From positions 2,681 to 66,680 of the forward strand of contig JACPPG010000035.1 of NCBI GenBank assembly GCA_016191115.1: DNA of 64,000 nucleotides, read 5' to 3'. Numbering within the stretch: position 1 is the first letter of the stretch; each line of letters opens with the position of its first letter. The position numbers were made by a program, and so were the translations under genes. A model generated the notes under the pieces. The model did no database searches, had not been told where the DNA came from, and worked only from the letters and a program-made list of their open reading frames with translations. This DNA comes from Planctomycetia bacterium. Lineage in GTDB: Bacteria; Planctomycetota; Planctomycetia; Pirellulales; JACPPG01. Shown in pieces: positions 29,054 to 38,734 of the stretch.

Positions 29054-30977
29054 ATTGTGCCCTGACTCCGAACAACTCCGCGAGTTCGCTCTCGGACGGG
29101 GGGAGCCTGCGCGGTTCGAGGCCGTCGCGCGGCACGTCGAGGGCTGCCCGGGCTGCCAGGAACAACTGGAAAGGCTCGACGGCTCGAAGGACCCGCTCGT
29201 CGACCAACTCTCCCGGCTTCGAGCCGGGACGCCCGTCGAGGAGAACGGCGCGGAAGTGTGGAGTCAAGCGATCGGCGAAATCATCGCGGGGAGAGGTCGC
29301 ACGGGCGGCCGGATCGCCGCCGACGCGGGACGCGATCTGGCAAGCCGTCTGCTTACGGGCGTCGTGCGGCTTGACCGGTTCGAGCTGCGCTCGGAGCTGG
29401 GCGTGGGCTCGTTCGGCTATGTGTTCAAGGCATGGGACCCGCGGCTCGAGCGCTTGGTCGCGCTCAAGGTGCAACGTGCCGGCAGCCTGGCATCTCGAGA
29501 AGAAGCGGAGCGATTCCTGCGGGAAGCCCGCAGCGCCGCCCACCTCAAGCATCCGTCAATCGTCTCCCTGTACGAGACGGGCCAGACGGAAGACAACGTC
29601 TGTTTCCTGGTGTGTGAGTATGTCGAGGGGGTCACGCTGGAAGAACAGTTGAAGCGAGGAGTGCTTCCGCCCGCGCAGGCAGCGACGATCGCCAGCGAAC
29701 TGGCCGGAGCCTTGCAGTACGCGCACGAGCAAGGAGTCGTTCATCGCGACGTGAAGCCGTCGAACATCATTCTTGATCGACACGGGCGGGCTCACCTGAT
29801 GGATTTCGGCCTGGCCAAGCGCGAGGCCGGCGAGCTGACCATGACGTCCGACGGCCGCGTGTTGGGAACGCCCGCCTACATGTCCCCCGAGCAGGCCGCC
29901 GGGACGTCGCACCAGGTTGACGCCCGCAGCGACATCTACAGTCTGGGCGTGGTGCTCTATGAAATGTTGACTGGTGAGCGGCCGTTCCACGGCAACCGGC
30001 GGTTGCTCCTGTTGCAAGTAGTCGAGGACGACCCGCGCCCGCCGCGGGCCGTGAATCCCCAGGTGCCGCGGGACCTGGAAGTGATTTGCTTGAAAGCGAT
30101 GGGCAAGGCGCCGGCGCGACGCTATCAGAACGCGCGCGATCTGGCGGAGGATTTACGACGTTTTCTCGAGCGCCGGCCCATCCTCGCCCGCCCGATGGGC
30201 ACAATCGAGCGGACGTTGCGTTGGTGCCGCCGCTATCCGCTGGCCGTCAGCGTGCTGGCGGCCGTGGTGGTCGGCTCGATCGCCGGGCTGTGGTATCTGT
30301 CGAGTCTCTCGGAGTTCTTCGTCCGGCAAACGGCCCTGGAAAGCGCCCGCCTGGAGACGAACATGCTCGACGAGGTGTGGCGATACTACAGCGACGAGAT
30401 ATCGGACATCGACCCGAAGACCACGAATATCGCCATCACGGAAAACTACAAGCACGTGCATCCCTCGCTGCCGCTGCCGGCCACCTTCGCCATCGACTTG
30501 GGCGAACGGATCAGCCGCCGCAGCCCGGGCATGGAGGTCCGCGTTTACAGCCGCTATCCGTGGCCGACGCGCAAGGACGGCGGGCCGCAGGGCGAGATCG
30601 ACGTGGCGGCGCTCGAATGGCTGGAAGCGGAGGCGAAGCCGGATGACAAGCCGCCCGTTGAGTACGCGCATTTCGCGAACGACGACGGCCGCCGCAAGCT
30701 CCTTTATTACACGGCTCGGCACATGGAGAAAAGCTGCCTCGCCTGCCACAATCATCCCGACAGCGTTAGCCCCAAAAAAGATTGGAAGGAAGGAGACGTG
30801 GTGGGGGTGCTGAAGATCGTGCGGCCCCTCGAGCACGAGATCGCCAACACGCAAGCGGGCTTGCGGAGCGCATTTTTGCTGATGGGGTCAACGGCGGCAC
30901 TGCTGCTGGCGATCAGCGTCACGGCAACGGTGGTCGCCCAGCGACGACGAAAGGCGGCTCTGGATGAGCGGCGATGA
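29007..30977 (+). CDS. Hanks-type Ser/Thr kinase with N-terminal zinc-finger (HxxxCxxC) and C-terminal DUF3365-like CxxCH sensor domain (start uncertain, alternative TTG 29055)
   Basis: HVEGCPGC; LGVGSFG, VALK, HRDVKPSN, DFGLA and GTPAYMSPE; two TMs flanking LPLPATF..CLACH..WKEGDVVG. Confidence 0.92.
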   Translation: MPVPLSRRCAAGKLERLCPDSEQLREFALGRGEPARFEAVARHVEGCPGCQEQLERLDGSKDPLVDQLSRLRAGTPVEENGAEVWSQAIGEIIAGRGRTGGRIAADAGRDLASRLLTGVVRLDRFELRSELGVGSFGYVFKAWDPRLERLVALKVQRAGSLASREEAERFLREARSAAHLKHPSIVSLYETGQTEDNVCFLVCEYVEGVTLEEQLKRGVLPPAQAATIASELAGALQYAHEQGVVHRDVKPSNIILDRHGRAHLMDFGLAKREAGELTMTSDGRVLGTPAYMSPEQAAGTSHQVDARSDIYSLGVVLYEMLTGERPFHGNRRLLLLQVVEDDPRPPRAVNPQVPRDLEVICLKAMGKAPARRYQNARDLAEDLRRFLERRPILARPMGTIERTLRWCRRYPLAVSVLAAVVVGSIAGLWYLSSLSEFFVRQTALESARLETNMLDEVWRYYSDEISDIDPKTTNIAITENYKHVHPSLPLPATFAIDLGERISRRSPGMEVRVYSRYPWPTRKDGGPQGEIDVAALEWLEAEAKPDDKPPVEYAHFANDDGRRKLLYYTARHMEKSCLACHNHPDSVSPKKDWKEGDVVGVLKIVRPLEHEIANTQAGLRSAFLLMGSTAALLLAISVTATVVAQRRRKAALDERR

Positions 30978-31581
30978 GAGCCCCGAGGGCCGAGCAGGCG
31001 CCGGCGGCTCCACGTCGCGCAGCCTGCTGGCCGACGCCCGGCGGGCCGACCCGACCGCCTGGGAACGGATGGTGCGGCTGTATGCGCCCTTGGTGGCGTC
31101 GTGGTGCCGGCGGTGGGGCGTCGCCGAGCAGGACATAGCCGACGTGTTGCAAGATGTCTTCTCGTCGGTGGCGGGCCATCTCGATCGATTCCGCAAGGAG
31201 CGGCCCACCGACACCTTCCGCGGCTGGTTGTCCACGATCGCCCACAACAAGGCGCGGGACTATTTCCGCCGCCGCGCCGGGGAGCCCGCCGCCGCCGGCG
31301 GGACCGAGGCGGCCATGAACTTGCAGCAGATTGCCGATCCCGCCGCGGTCGGCGAGCCCGAGGAGGGGACCGACGATGTCCTCTTGGACGAGCTGCTGCG
31401 GAAGGCGCTATCGACAATCCGCGGCGAGTTCCACGAGCGGACCTGGCAGGCGTTCTGGGGCGTCGTCGTCGACGGACGCACAGCGGGCGACGTGGCCGCC
31501 GACCTCGACATGAGGCCCGGCGCCGTCCGCGTGGCGAAGTCGCGGGTCCTCTTGCGGCTGAGGCGCGAATTGGGGGATTGA
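30964..31581 (+). CDS. ECF sigma factor of the kinase-associated type
   Basis: STSRSLL..AWERMVRLYAPLV, DVLQDVF, TFRGWL and VRVAKSRVLLRLR; overlaps the kinase stop. Confidence 0.9.
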   Translation: MSGDESPEGRAGAGGSTSRSLLADARRADPTAWERMVRLYAPLVASWCRRWGVAEQDIADVLQDVFSSVAGHLDRFRKERPTDTFRGWLSTIAHNKARDYFRRRAGEPAAAGGTEAAMNLQQIADPAAVGEPEEGTDDVLLDELLRKALSTIRGEFHERTWQAFWGVVVDGRTAGDVAADLDMRPGAVRVAKSRVLLRLRRELGD

Positions 31582-31584
31582 ATC

Positions 31585-32188
31585 CTAAGGTTGACCCGTT
31601 CGTCCCTCGTCACACGGAAAGGTTGTGGCGTCTGAGAGACATTGGCGAACAAACAAACGGATCCCGCCCGTGCCCTCGTACGACCGGTACACGACCTCCA
31701 TGCACACGAGCCGATCCGAGCGCGTGAAGTCGAAGTCGAAATCGTGCGGCTTCCCCTCGTGCGCCAGTCCCCGCGTAAGTGCCGCGCTGATATCGTGGCT
31801 GGTGAGCGACCGTTGCACCGTGTCGTATGTGCCCTCCGGGATGCCAAGCGGGGCTCGGGCTCGTTGAGCTTGTGCCGGACCACGGCGTTGTGGCCAAACG
31901 TTTCGCGCAGGAAGCGTGCCGCATCAACGAACAATAGCGTCGCTGCATACGCCACCAGAAAAGCTGCCGGCCGTAGCGGCGCCGGGAGCTCGGTATCGTG
32001 GCGAAACGAAGAGACCAGCTCCGACAGAGCGGCACGGGCCTGCGTATACGACACCAAAAGGTGCCGCAGCCCCGCTGGCCGGCTGGCACGTTCTGCTTGA
32101 GCTCAAGGGCTGCCTGCTTCAGCTCCTGGAAGCAGTCGGCCAGGTGCGCCACGGTCCGCGCGTCAGCGGTGATTTGATCGTGGATCAT
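31585..32188 (-). pseudogene. Frameshifted, internally deleted YiiX/YebB-like permuted NlpC/P60 gene
   Basis: Homologous pieces in three frames: MIHDQ.., LVSY..KLNEPEP and ..HEGKPHDFDFDFTRSDRLVCMEVVYRSY. Confidence 0.72.
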
Positions 32189-32203
32189 GGAATGACGGCG
32201 ATT

Positions 32204-33286
32204 TCAAACCTGGCGGCGCGTGGGCGACTGGCAACTTCGGCGGCGGACACGCATCGCTAGAAGGCCGGAGGCGCCCAGCGCGGCGAGCATAATCGTCGAC
32301 GGCTCTGGCACGTTGGGCACCACTAAGATGCCGGCCGCGTTTGTGAAGGTGGGGCCGTTGCCATGAGTCGCGTTGGACAGAATGGTACGATCACCCGTGA
32401 CGGGATCGACCTGGAGGACGGCACTGCCTTGGTTCCAGAAGATCGCTCCCGCGTTGTCGACCGTAATTCCCCTCGCGCTACGAGAGGGTGCTGGGCCGGC
32501 GCCGACAGCGGCGCTCGACAGAGTGGTCCATTCGCCCGTCATCGGGTCGATACGATTGATTGCCGCTTCGCCGGGGAAAGTGACGGCGCCGGGGGTCGAT
32601 GCAAGCAAGAAGCCCCCACCGCCGACGGTGATGTGCATCGGGGCGACCATCCCAGTTCCGGGCAGGACCGCGCGATCACCCGTGGCCAAATCAATCTTAA
32701 TCACTCCGAGATTGGAAGCGAGGAACGCGCTATCGCCGATGGTGGCGAACCCGCCCGGGGAATTCGGCTGCGGACCCGACCCTACGTTGAACGATGACAC
32801 GTAGGATCGGTTGCCCGTTGCTTCATCGACGTTCAGAATGAAGCCGTCAGGCGCGCCGGACACCAAAATGCGCTCATCCACTTCATGCACTCCCGCGACG
32901 AATTCAAACGAAGGTCCGGTGCCGTGCCCCCCGCCGGACAGGACCGTTCGATTGCCGGTTGCCGGATCGACCCGAAAGAGTTGGCCAAAGATATACTCCG
33001 CAACAAGCAACGCGCCATCGGCGGTGAGCGCAACGCCGCTTACGATCGAGAAGGCATCGCCAGCGCCGTGCGTGTCGTCGGATATGATCGTGCGATCTCC
33101 CGTGAGGGGATCAATGCGAACCACGCCATAATTGTCCTCGCCGAGTTGCGCCGTGATGACAATGTCGCCGGGATTAAGCGTCACGGCCGCGGCGTGCGGT
33201 GGAGGAAATACGACGGCCGCTAGGCAGCACGCGGCCGTAGCGAACGCAAGGAGACTTAGGAGGCGTCGCTGTTCACATTTTTCCAT
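32204..33286 (-). CDS. PEP-CTERM protein with beta-propeller-like repeats
   Basis: About six repeats of (R/N)VDPxTG(D/N)RT(I/V)(L/I)SxxxxGxGPxF; VPEPSTIMLAALG..RRR. Confidence 0.85.
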   Translation of the reverse strand: MEKCEQRRLLSLLAFATAACCLAAVVFPPPHAAAVTLNPGDIVITAQLGEDNYGVVRIDPLTGDRTIISDDTHGAGDAFSIVSGVALTADGALLVAEYIFGQLFRVDPATGNRTVLSGGGHGTGPSFEFVAGVHEVDERILVSGAPDGFILNVDEATGNRSYVSSFNVGSGPQPNSPGGFATIGDSAFLASNLGVIKIDLATGDRAVLPGTGMVAPMHITVGGGGFLLASTPGAVTFPGEAAINRIDPMTGEWTTLSSAAVGAGPAPSRSARGITVDNAGAIFWNQGSAVLQVDPVTGDRTILSNATHGNGPTFTNAAGILVVPNVPEPSTIMLAALGASGLLAMRVRRRSCQSPTRRQV

Positions 33287-33657
33287 AGGCTCACTCGATA
33301 CTTCCCAAACGGATCGGGGTTTGTGCGGTTTGTTTGGAATTGAAGGTATACCCGTGCGCTCGCCACACTGAAGCATCACCCTTTAGAAACACGAGCGAGA
33401 GGGGACCAAGATAGCGCTTTCCGCCGCTTGGCGGAAGCGCGGCGAACCGGCCCCTCGATGACGCTCACTAGCGTGCTTCCCTGAAACCGCACAACGGGCC
33501 TGCGGACGCCCCGTGGCATCAGGGAACAACGGGCCGTATCGAAGCGTGCGGCTTTGGCGTCAGCCTAATCGCGGCGCGGCGGAGAGGCAAGAAAAATCGC
33601 GTTCCCGTATTCGTCTGGCGTGAAAGTCCGCGGGTCAAGACCGCCGGGATAGACCTC

Positions 33658-33814
33658 CAGGGCCATTCTGTTTTTCAAAATGGCGAGGCGGGAAAATGGG
33701 ACTGGCTCCGAGCATAAACAGCGCAAGCCCTTTTAGACGAACGCTGCGTCTCGGTGCCTGTCCCACTTTCCCGCCGGTGCGCCGCCGTCCAGCTTGAATC
33801 TGTGAACGGCCCTG
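33658..33814 (-). mobile_element. MITE family A, copy 3 (157 bp)
   Basis: Both TIRs intact; flanking 11-bp repeat ggatagacctc / ggatggacctc (1 mismatch). Confidence 0.9.
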
Positions 33815-33884
33815 GGATGGACCTCCTCGGCTCGCCGGCAAAAGGGGGCAGCTCGCCCGCTAAGAACGTGCGGCTTGCAAGCCG

Positions 33885-34052
33885 CTATGATCCGGCCCGG
33901 CTGGAGATGGTCAGGAACGTGAAGCTGGACCGCACGCCCACGGCCCACACCGTGTTCCAGCACAAGACGACGATGAGGGCCAGCATCACGGCGTATTCGA
34001 CGGCCGTGGGCCCCTCGTCGTCGCGGAGAAACTGCCGGACTTTCGCGAGCAT
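33885..34052 (-). CDS. flp: Flp/Fap family type IVb pilin (55 aa, not in the ORF track)
   Basis: Manual translation MLAKVRQFLRDDEGPTAVEYAVMLALIVVLCWNTVWAVGVRSSFTFLTISSRAGS*; Flp motif G-x4-EY; GGAGG upstream. Confidence 0.9.
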   Translation of the reverse strand: MLAKVRQFLRDDEGPTAVEYAVMLALIVVLCWNTVWAVGVRSSFTFLTISSRAGS

Positions 34053-34180
34053 AGTGGGGATTGCCTCCGGCCGCTCGGTTCGGCGCGCGGCCTAGAGGAA
34101 GCTTAGCTCGGCGGCATCGCCAGTCAAATCCCCGCGGCCGCGCATCCGCCCAAACCGGCATGATTGCGTCGCACGAGATC

Positions 34181-36088
34181 CTAGTCACGTGCCCCGCGCG
34201 CGCCCGCCAATGATGGGTCGCCACGCTTCAATAGTGCGATCCGCAACGGGCTTGCGCTGGTGTTGCCCGGAGGAAACTCGACAATCGGGTAGCTGTCATT
34301 CAGCCAACCGGCGAGCCGCTCACCGTAGCCGCGGCCGAACCGCGCGAAGCCATAGTCCACCGTCTCTTCATCGGTCCACAAGATAAAGTCGGGCGGGCGC
34401 TCTTGAAACGCGGCCATCATCGCGTCTTCGCCAAACAGCATCACCTCCGGCGGCATCAGCGAAACGTACGGCGTCGGATTCTCACGCCGTGAGAGATAGT
34501 TCAACATGGCTCCCTCAGGCAGTACCACAAGTGTCGCGTCGGCGGGAACGTGACGGGAAATGAGAAAGAGGGCCCGTTTCACCTCCGGGCCACTTTCATC
34601 GCACCACATCGTATCGCCGCCCGAGCCGACGCGATGCGTCCTCCGCGCGTAGACCGCGGCGGTGATGTGCAACTGAGTTTCCGCGAAAAAAAGTAGCACG
34701 GCCGCAGTCACGGCGCGGAGCATGATGCCGCGGCCCCCCAACTGCTCGATGGCCGCGGGCAGCCAGTCCCACACGATCACGATGGCAACCAGCGCGGCCG
34801 GCATGGCCAGCGCGAACCCGTACTGGTACAGCCGCGTGTTGAGCACGATCTTTAATAGCAGCAAGAGCGAGAAAAGAACGAGTGTCCCCGAGAGGACCAG
34901 CCTCGCGCGGTCAGCCGAGCCTTTGCGACGCCACCAGCCGACCGCGATAACGCCAAGAGCGGCCGTCAAAATCGCCGGCAGCGGCAGCGCGATCTCGCCA
35001 TAGGGCATGAAACGGCGGACCCAAAACAGCACAGTCGCCACTGCGGCAAAAATGATCATTGTTACCTTGGCCTCCCAACTCTTCGGCGGTCTCCACAGCA
35101 ATCCCAGCACCACCGGGGGAACGAATACGGCGCCGTAGATCAAGAGCACGATTGCCATCCGCCACAATTGATGGCCAGGATGGTCGATCCCCATCGAATT
35201 GCGATAGAACGGCAGTGAGCTCACGTCCGATCGGAACAAGAAACGCACGGCACCGGCCGCGGCCAACCCAGCATCGCGCACAGGCATCGCCAGCAGGGAC
35301 AAGGCAAACGACAATAACGCGGGCACGATCATCGCGCCGAAATAGACGCCGATCGCTCGGAGCAAGCGCGTCCGCGACGGACGATTTGCCGACAGAGCGA
35401 GCACAAGCCCGGCGGACGAAGCGACGAAAGCAGCCAGAAAGACTTCCGGCTTAGTGAGAAACACGAGGCCCACGCACAACCCGGCCAGCGCCGCGTCGGC
35501 CCGCCGGCATGAATCCGCGAAGCGCCCGACCATGAAGATCGCCGCCAGGGAAAGCACGATGCCATGCGTCAGCTCGTGGGAATAGGGACAAATGAAGTTG
35601 TAGTTCGCCATACTCGTAATCTGGCAGAAGCCGAACGCGAACACGAACGTCATGCAACCCAGGAAGGCCGAAGCGCGGCTGCCGATTCGTGACAACAACG
35701 CGTACAGAAGGATCAGCAGGACACCGGCGACGGCCGCGTTCGCAAGCGCCAGCGTGCGGAGACTCGCCCCGAACAGGCGAAACCAAAGCGAGTTCACGTA
35801 TTGCGACAGCGGACCGTTGAGGTGCGCGATATCGCGGTATAGAACCTTCCCTTCACTCAATTGCCAGGGAACGTACAGCTCGCGCCCGAAGTCGACGATC
35901 GGATCGCACCATTTGCCCCATCCCCACCACAGCATCAGAAGCGCCGCGAGCGCGATCAAGCCGACCGCGATTCTCCCGCGCTGCTGCTCCCAGAAGATGT
36001 CGAGCGGCACGGGCTCAAGCGCGCCGCGGCTGGCGGGTGGCTCGCGCGATTCCGCGGCGGCCGACAGGACAGCATGCGGTCGGTTCAT
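34181..36088 (-). CDS. Polytopic membrane glycosyltransferase (GT-C fold, ArnT/PMT-like)
   Basis: About 13 TM segments; DFGRELY..GKVLYRD..NGPL first-loop motif; GLVFLTKPE. Confidence 0.8.
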   Translation of the reverse strand: MNRPHAVLSAAAESREPPASRGALEPVPLDIFWEQQRGRIAVGLIALAALLMLWWGWGKWCDPIVDFGRELYVPWQLSEGKVLYRDIAHLNGPLSQYVNSLWFRLFGASLRTLALANAAVAGVLLILLYALLSRIGSRASAFLGCMTFVFAFGFCQITSMANYNFICPYSHELTHGIVLSLAAIFMVGRFADSCRRADAALAGLCVGLVFLTKPEVFLAAFVASSAGLVLALSANRPSRTRLLRAIGVYFGAMIVPALLSFALSLLAMPVRDAGLAAAGAVRFLFRSDVSSLPFYRNSMGIDHPGHQLWRMAIVLLIYGAVFVPPVVLGLLWRPPKSWEAKVTMIIFAAVATVLFWVRRFMPYGEIALPLPAILTAALGVIAVGWWRRKGSADRARLVLSGTLVLFSLLLLLKIVLNTRLYQYGFALAMPAALVAIVIVWDWLPAAIEQLGGRGIMLRAVTAAVLLFFAETQLHITAAVYARRTHRVGSGGDTMWCDESGPEVKRALFLISRHVPADATLVVLPEGAMLNYLSRRENPTPYVSLMPPEVMLFGEDAMMAAFQERPPDFILWTDEETVDYGFARFGRGYGERLAGWLNDSYPIVEFPPGNTSASPLRIALLKRGDPSLAGARGARD

Positions 36089-36350
36089 GTCCGACTCGGA
36101 CGAAGTGCAAGTTTGGCGGCCCTTCTCCGCCTCACGGTGAAAGCGGCAAGGTCGGCGGCCATCCTGATCTCCCCTGTCCCGAGACTATTAGTAACACACG
36201 CACAAAGGCGCCGAAAGATGATGAGCGATTTTCGATTTTCGACCCGGTCGGGGGTACAATGGACTGCAAGCTTCACCACCGGCTAGGTCGCCGGCGGAAG
36301 GCCCCAGAATGGCTGGCGATCGCGCAAGGACATAGAAACCACCATCCGCC

Positions 36351-36554
36351 ATGTTGACCGACCGCGCCATCGAAATTGTCGCCGAGGACAAGATCCGTGC
36401 CGCGATCGCCGCCGGCGACTTCGACGCCCTGCCAGGCTTCGGAAAGCCCCATCCGATCTTCGACGAGCCGTACGACGAGCACTGGTGGATTCGCCGCAAG
36501 CTCGCGCGCGAGAAGATGTCGGTCATGTGGCCTGGCGCAAGCGCCATCACCTAG
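36351..36554 (+). CDS. DUF1992 (DnaJ-associated) small protein
   Basis: AEDKIRAAIAAGDFDALPGFGKP..WWIRRKLARE. Confidence 0.85.
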   Translation: MLTDRAIEIVAEDKIRAAIAAGDFDALPGFGKPHPIFDEPYDEHWWIRRKLAREKMSVMWPGASAIT

Positions 36555-36580
36555 TCGTCCTCGTCGATCGTTCGCCGCTC

Positions 36581-37588
36581 ATGACCGACGCCCTCGCTTA
36601 TCAAGCCGTGTTGCAGTCCTATTCGGCCGACTGCCAACCGAGCGAGGTTGAGTTTCTGGGCGCGGCGGGCGGTTTCAGTGGCGCGCGTTTCTGGCGCCTC
36701 GCTTCTCCGCGCGGAAGATTGTGCCTGCGGCGCTGGCCGCGGGATCACCCTTTGCCAGAGCGACTGGAATTCATCCAGGCGGTGCTGTGGCACGTCGACC
36801 AGGAGGGCTTCCACAAGGTCCCGGTGCCGCTGGAGACCTTGCGTCACGCGGGCTACGTGCGTTATGGCGGTCATTTGTGGGAGCTGTCGCCGTGGCTGCC
36901 AGGCGAACCGGACGTCAGCAAATCGCCGCCGATCCCGCGGCTCCGCGCGGCCATGATCGCTTTGGCCGAGTTTCACGAGGCTGCCTCGTCATTTCCACTG
37001 GCGGAGATCGCACGCAGCTCGTCGCCGACGATTGGCGAACGGCTAGCGCAACTTCGAGCGCTGCGGTCCGCGGGGCACGACCGTCTGCGGCACGCGGTGG
37101 AGCACGCGCCGGGGCCGCACGACGCCGCGGCGCAGAGATTGCTCGATCTGTTCCCCATCGCGGCGCCGCGGGTGCAGGTCATGCTCGAGCAAGCCGCGCG
37201 GCTACCGGTGACGCTCGCGCCTTGCCTCCGCGACGTGTGGCGTGGGAATGTGCTTTTTGTCGGCGGGGAAGTGACGGGCCTGATCGACTTCGGCGCACTG
37301 CGGCCGGAAAGCGCGGCCGCCGACGTCGCCCGGTTGCTGGGGAGCATGGCCGAGGATGATCGCGGCCTGTGGAAGGAAGGACTTGCCGCGTACGAACGAG
37401 CGCGGCCGCTCACGGAAGCCACGACCGTGCTCGTCGCTGCCTTCGACGTCAGCGGCGTTCTGCTGGGTGGAATGAATTGGATCGAGTGGATTTACCGAGA
37501 TCAGCGCTCGTTCGATGATGCCGCAGCCGTCCAGGCGCGACTCGACTACTTCGGCCGGCGCCTGGCCCATTTGATTGAGACGGGCTGA
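36581..37588 (+). CDS. APH/choline kinase-fold phosphotransferase (homoserine kinase type II-like)
   Basis: GGFSGA P-loop, WLPG, LAEFH, RDVWRGNVLF and GLIDFG. Confidence 0.85.
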   Translation: MTDALAYQAVLQSYSADCQPSEVEFLGAAGGFSGARFWRLASPRGRLCLRRWPRDHPLPERLEFIQAVLWHVDQEGFHKVPVPLETLRHAGYVRYGGHLWELSPWLPGEPDVSKSPPIPRLRAAMIALAEFHEAASSFPLAEIARSSSPTIGERLAQLRALRSAGHDRLRHAVEHAPGPHDAAAQRLLDLFPIAAPRVQVMLEQAARLPVTLAPCLRDVWRGNVLFVGGEVTGLIDFGALRPESAAADVARLLGSMAEDDRGLWKEGLAAYERARPLTEATTVLVAAFDVSGVLLGGMNWIEWIYRDQRSFDDAAAVQARLDYFGRRLAHLIETG

Positions 37589-37695
37589 AACATCTGCGAG
37601 GAGATCGTGCGGCGCTTCGACGACATCAAGACGTACGAGCCGTCCCAGCCGCATGCCGGCATGCACGGGTGAGTCCGATGGCGCCACAGAGGGGG

Positions 37696-37852
37696 CAGGG
37701 CCGTTCACAGATTCAAGCTTGCCGGCGGCGCACCGGCGGGAAAGTGGGACAGGCACCGAGACGCAACGTTCGTCTAAAGGGACTTGCGCTGTTTATGCTC
37801 GGAGCCAGTCCCATTTTCCCGCCTCGTCATTTTGAAAAACAGAATGGCCCTG
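37696..37852 (+). mobile_element. MITE family A, copy 4 (157 bp)
   Basis: Both TIRs; perfect 10-bp duplication acagaggggg at 37686-37695 and 37853-37862. Confidence 0.93.
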
Positions 37853-37966
37853 ACAGAGGGGGCGGCAAAGTAGCGTCCCAGGCGGCCACGATGTAAACTA
37901 ACGCGCGGCGATGGCACGATTCAGCGATCTGTCGCAAAGTCAGTCACTCACCAGCCTGGGCGCGCG

Positions 37967-38722
37967 ATGAACTGGAAGGCGCTCGAGAAGTTTCGCGCGC
38001 GGCTCGCCCGCGACCAACCGCTCTACGGACTGTGGGTTTCGCTTGAATCGGCCTCGGTCACCGAGATCGCCGTGGCCAGCGGGCTGGACTGGGTCGTCAT
38101 CGACGCCGAGCACGGCCATCTCGATTGGGGAGATATCGTCCAGCATCTGCGGGCGGCGGCACGTAGCGATACGGTCACCCTGGTGCGGATCGCGGAGCTC
38201 AATCTGGCGCTCGTGAAGCGGGCGCTCGACATCGGAGCGGACGGCGTCGTCATCCCGTGGATCGAATCGGCCGATCAGCTCCGGCAGGCCGTGCGATTCG
38301 CGCACTATCCGCCGCAAGGCGTGCGCGGCATTGGCGCCGAACGCGCCACGGTTTGGGGCCAACGGATGGCGGAATACGTGGCCGAGGCCAACGATCGGAT
38401 CCTCGTCATCCCGATCATCGAGACGGTCGCGGCCGCGACGCACATCGATGAGATGCTCGAGGTTCCCGGCGTCGAGGTGTTCCAATTCGGGCCGGCCGAC
38501 TATTCCTCGACGGCCGGCTACCGCGGCATGTGGGAGGGGCCAGGCGTCGCTGAGGCGATCCTCGCGCTCAAGGATAAGATCCGTGCCCGCGGCAAACACT
38601 GCGGCGTGGTGACCAGGAACGCCGAAGACCTCGCGCGGCGCGAAGAGCAAGGCTTCCGCGTGCTAGGCATCGGATTCGATACCGGCTTGCTGTGGCGGGG
38701 TATTCACCAGATGCTGCCATAA
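37967..38722 (+). CDS. HpcH/HpaI family aldolase
   Basis: DWVVIDAEHG, KRALDIGADG, YPPQGVRG, IET and GPAD. Confidence 0.92.
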   Translation: MNWKALEKFRARLARDQPLYGLWVSLESASVTEIAVASGLDWVVIDAEHGHLDWGDIVQHLRAAARSDTVTLVRIAELNLALVKRALDIGADGVVIPWIESADQLRQAVRFAHYPPQGVRGIGAERATVWGQRMAEYVAEANDRILVIPIIETVAAATHIDEMLEVPGVEVFQFGPADYSSTAGYRGMWEGPGVAEAILALKDKIRARGKHCGVVTRNAEDLARREEQGFRVLGIGFDTGLLWRGIHQMLP

Positions 38723-38734
38723 GGCGGCGATAAT

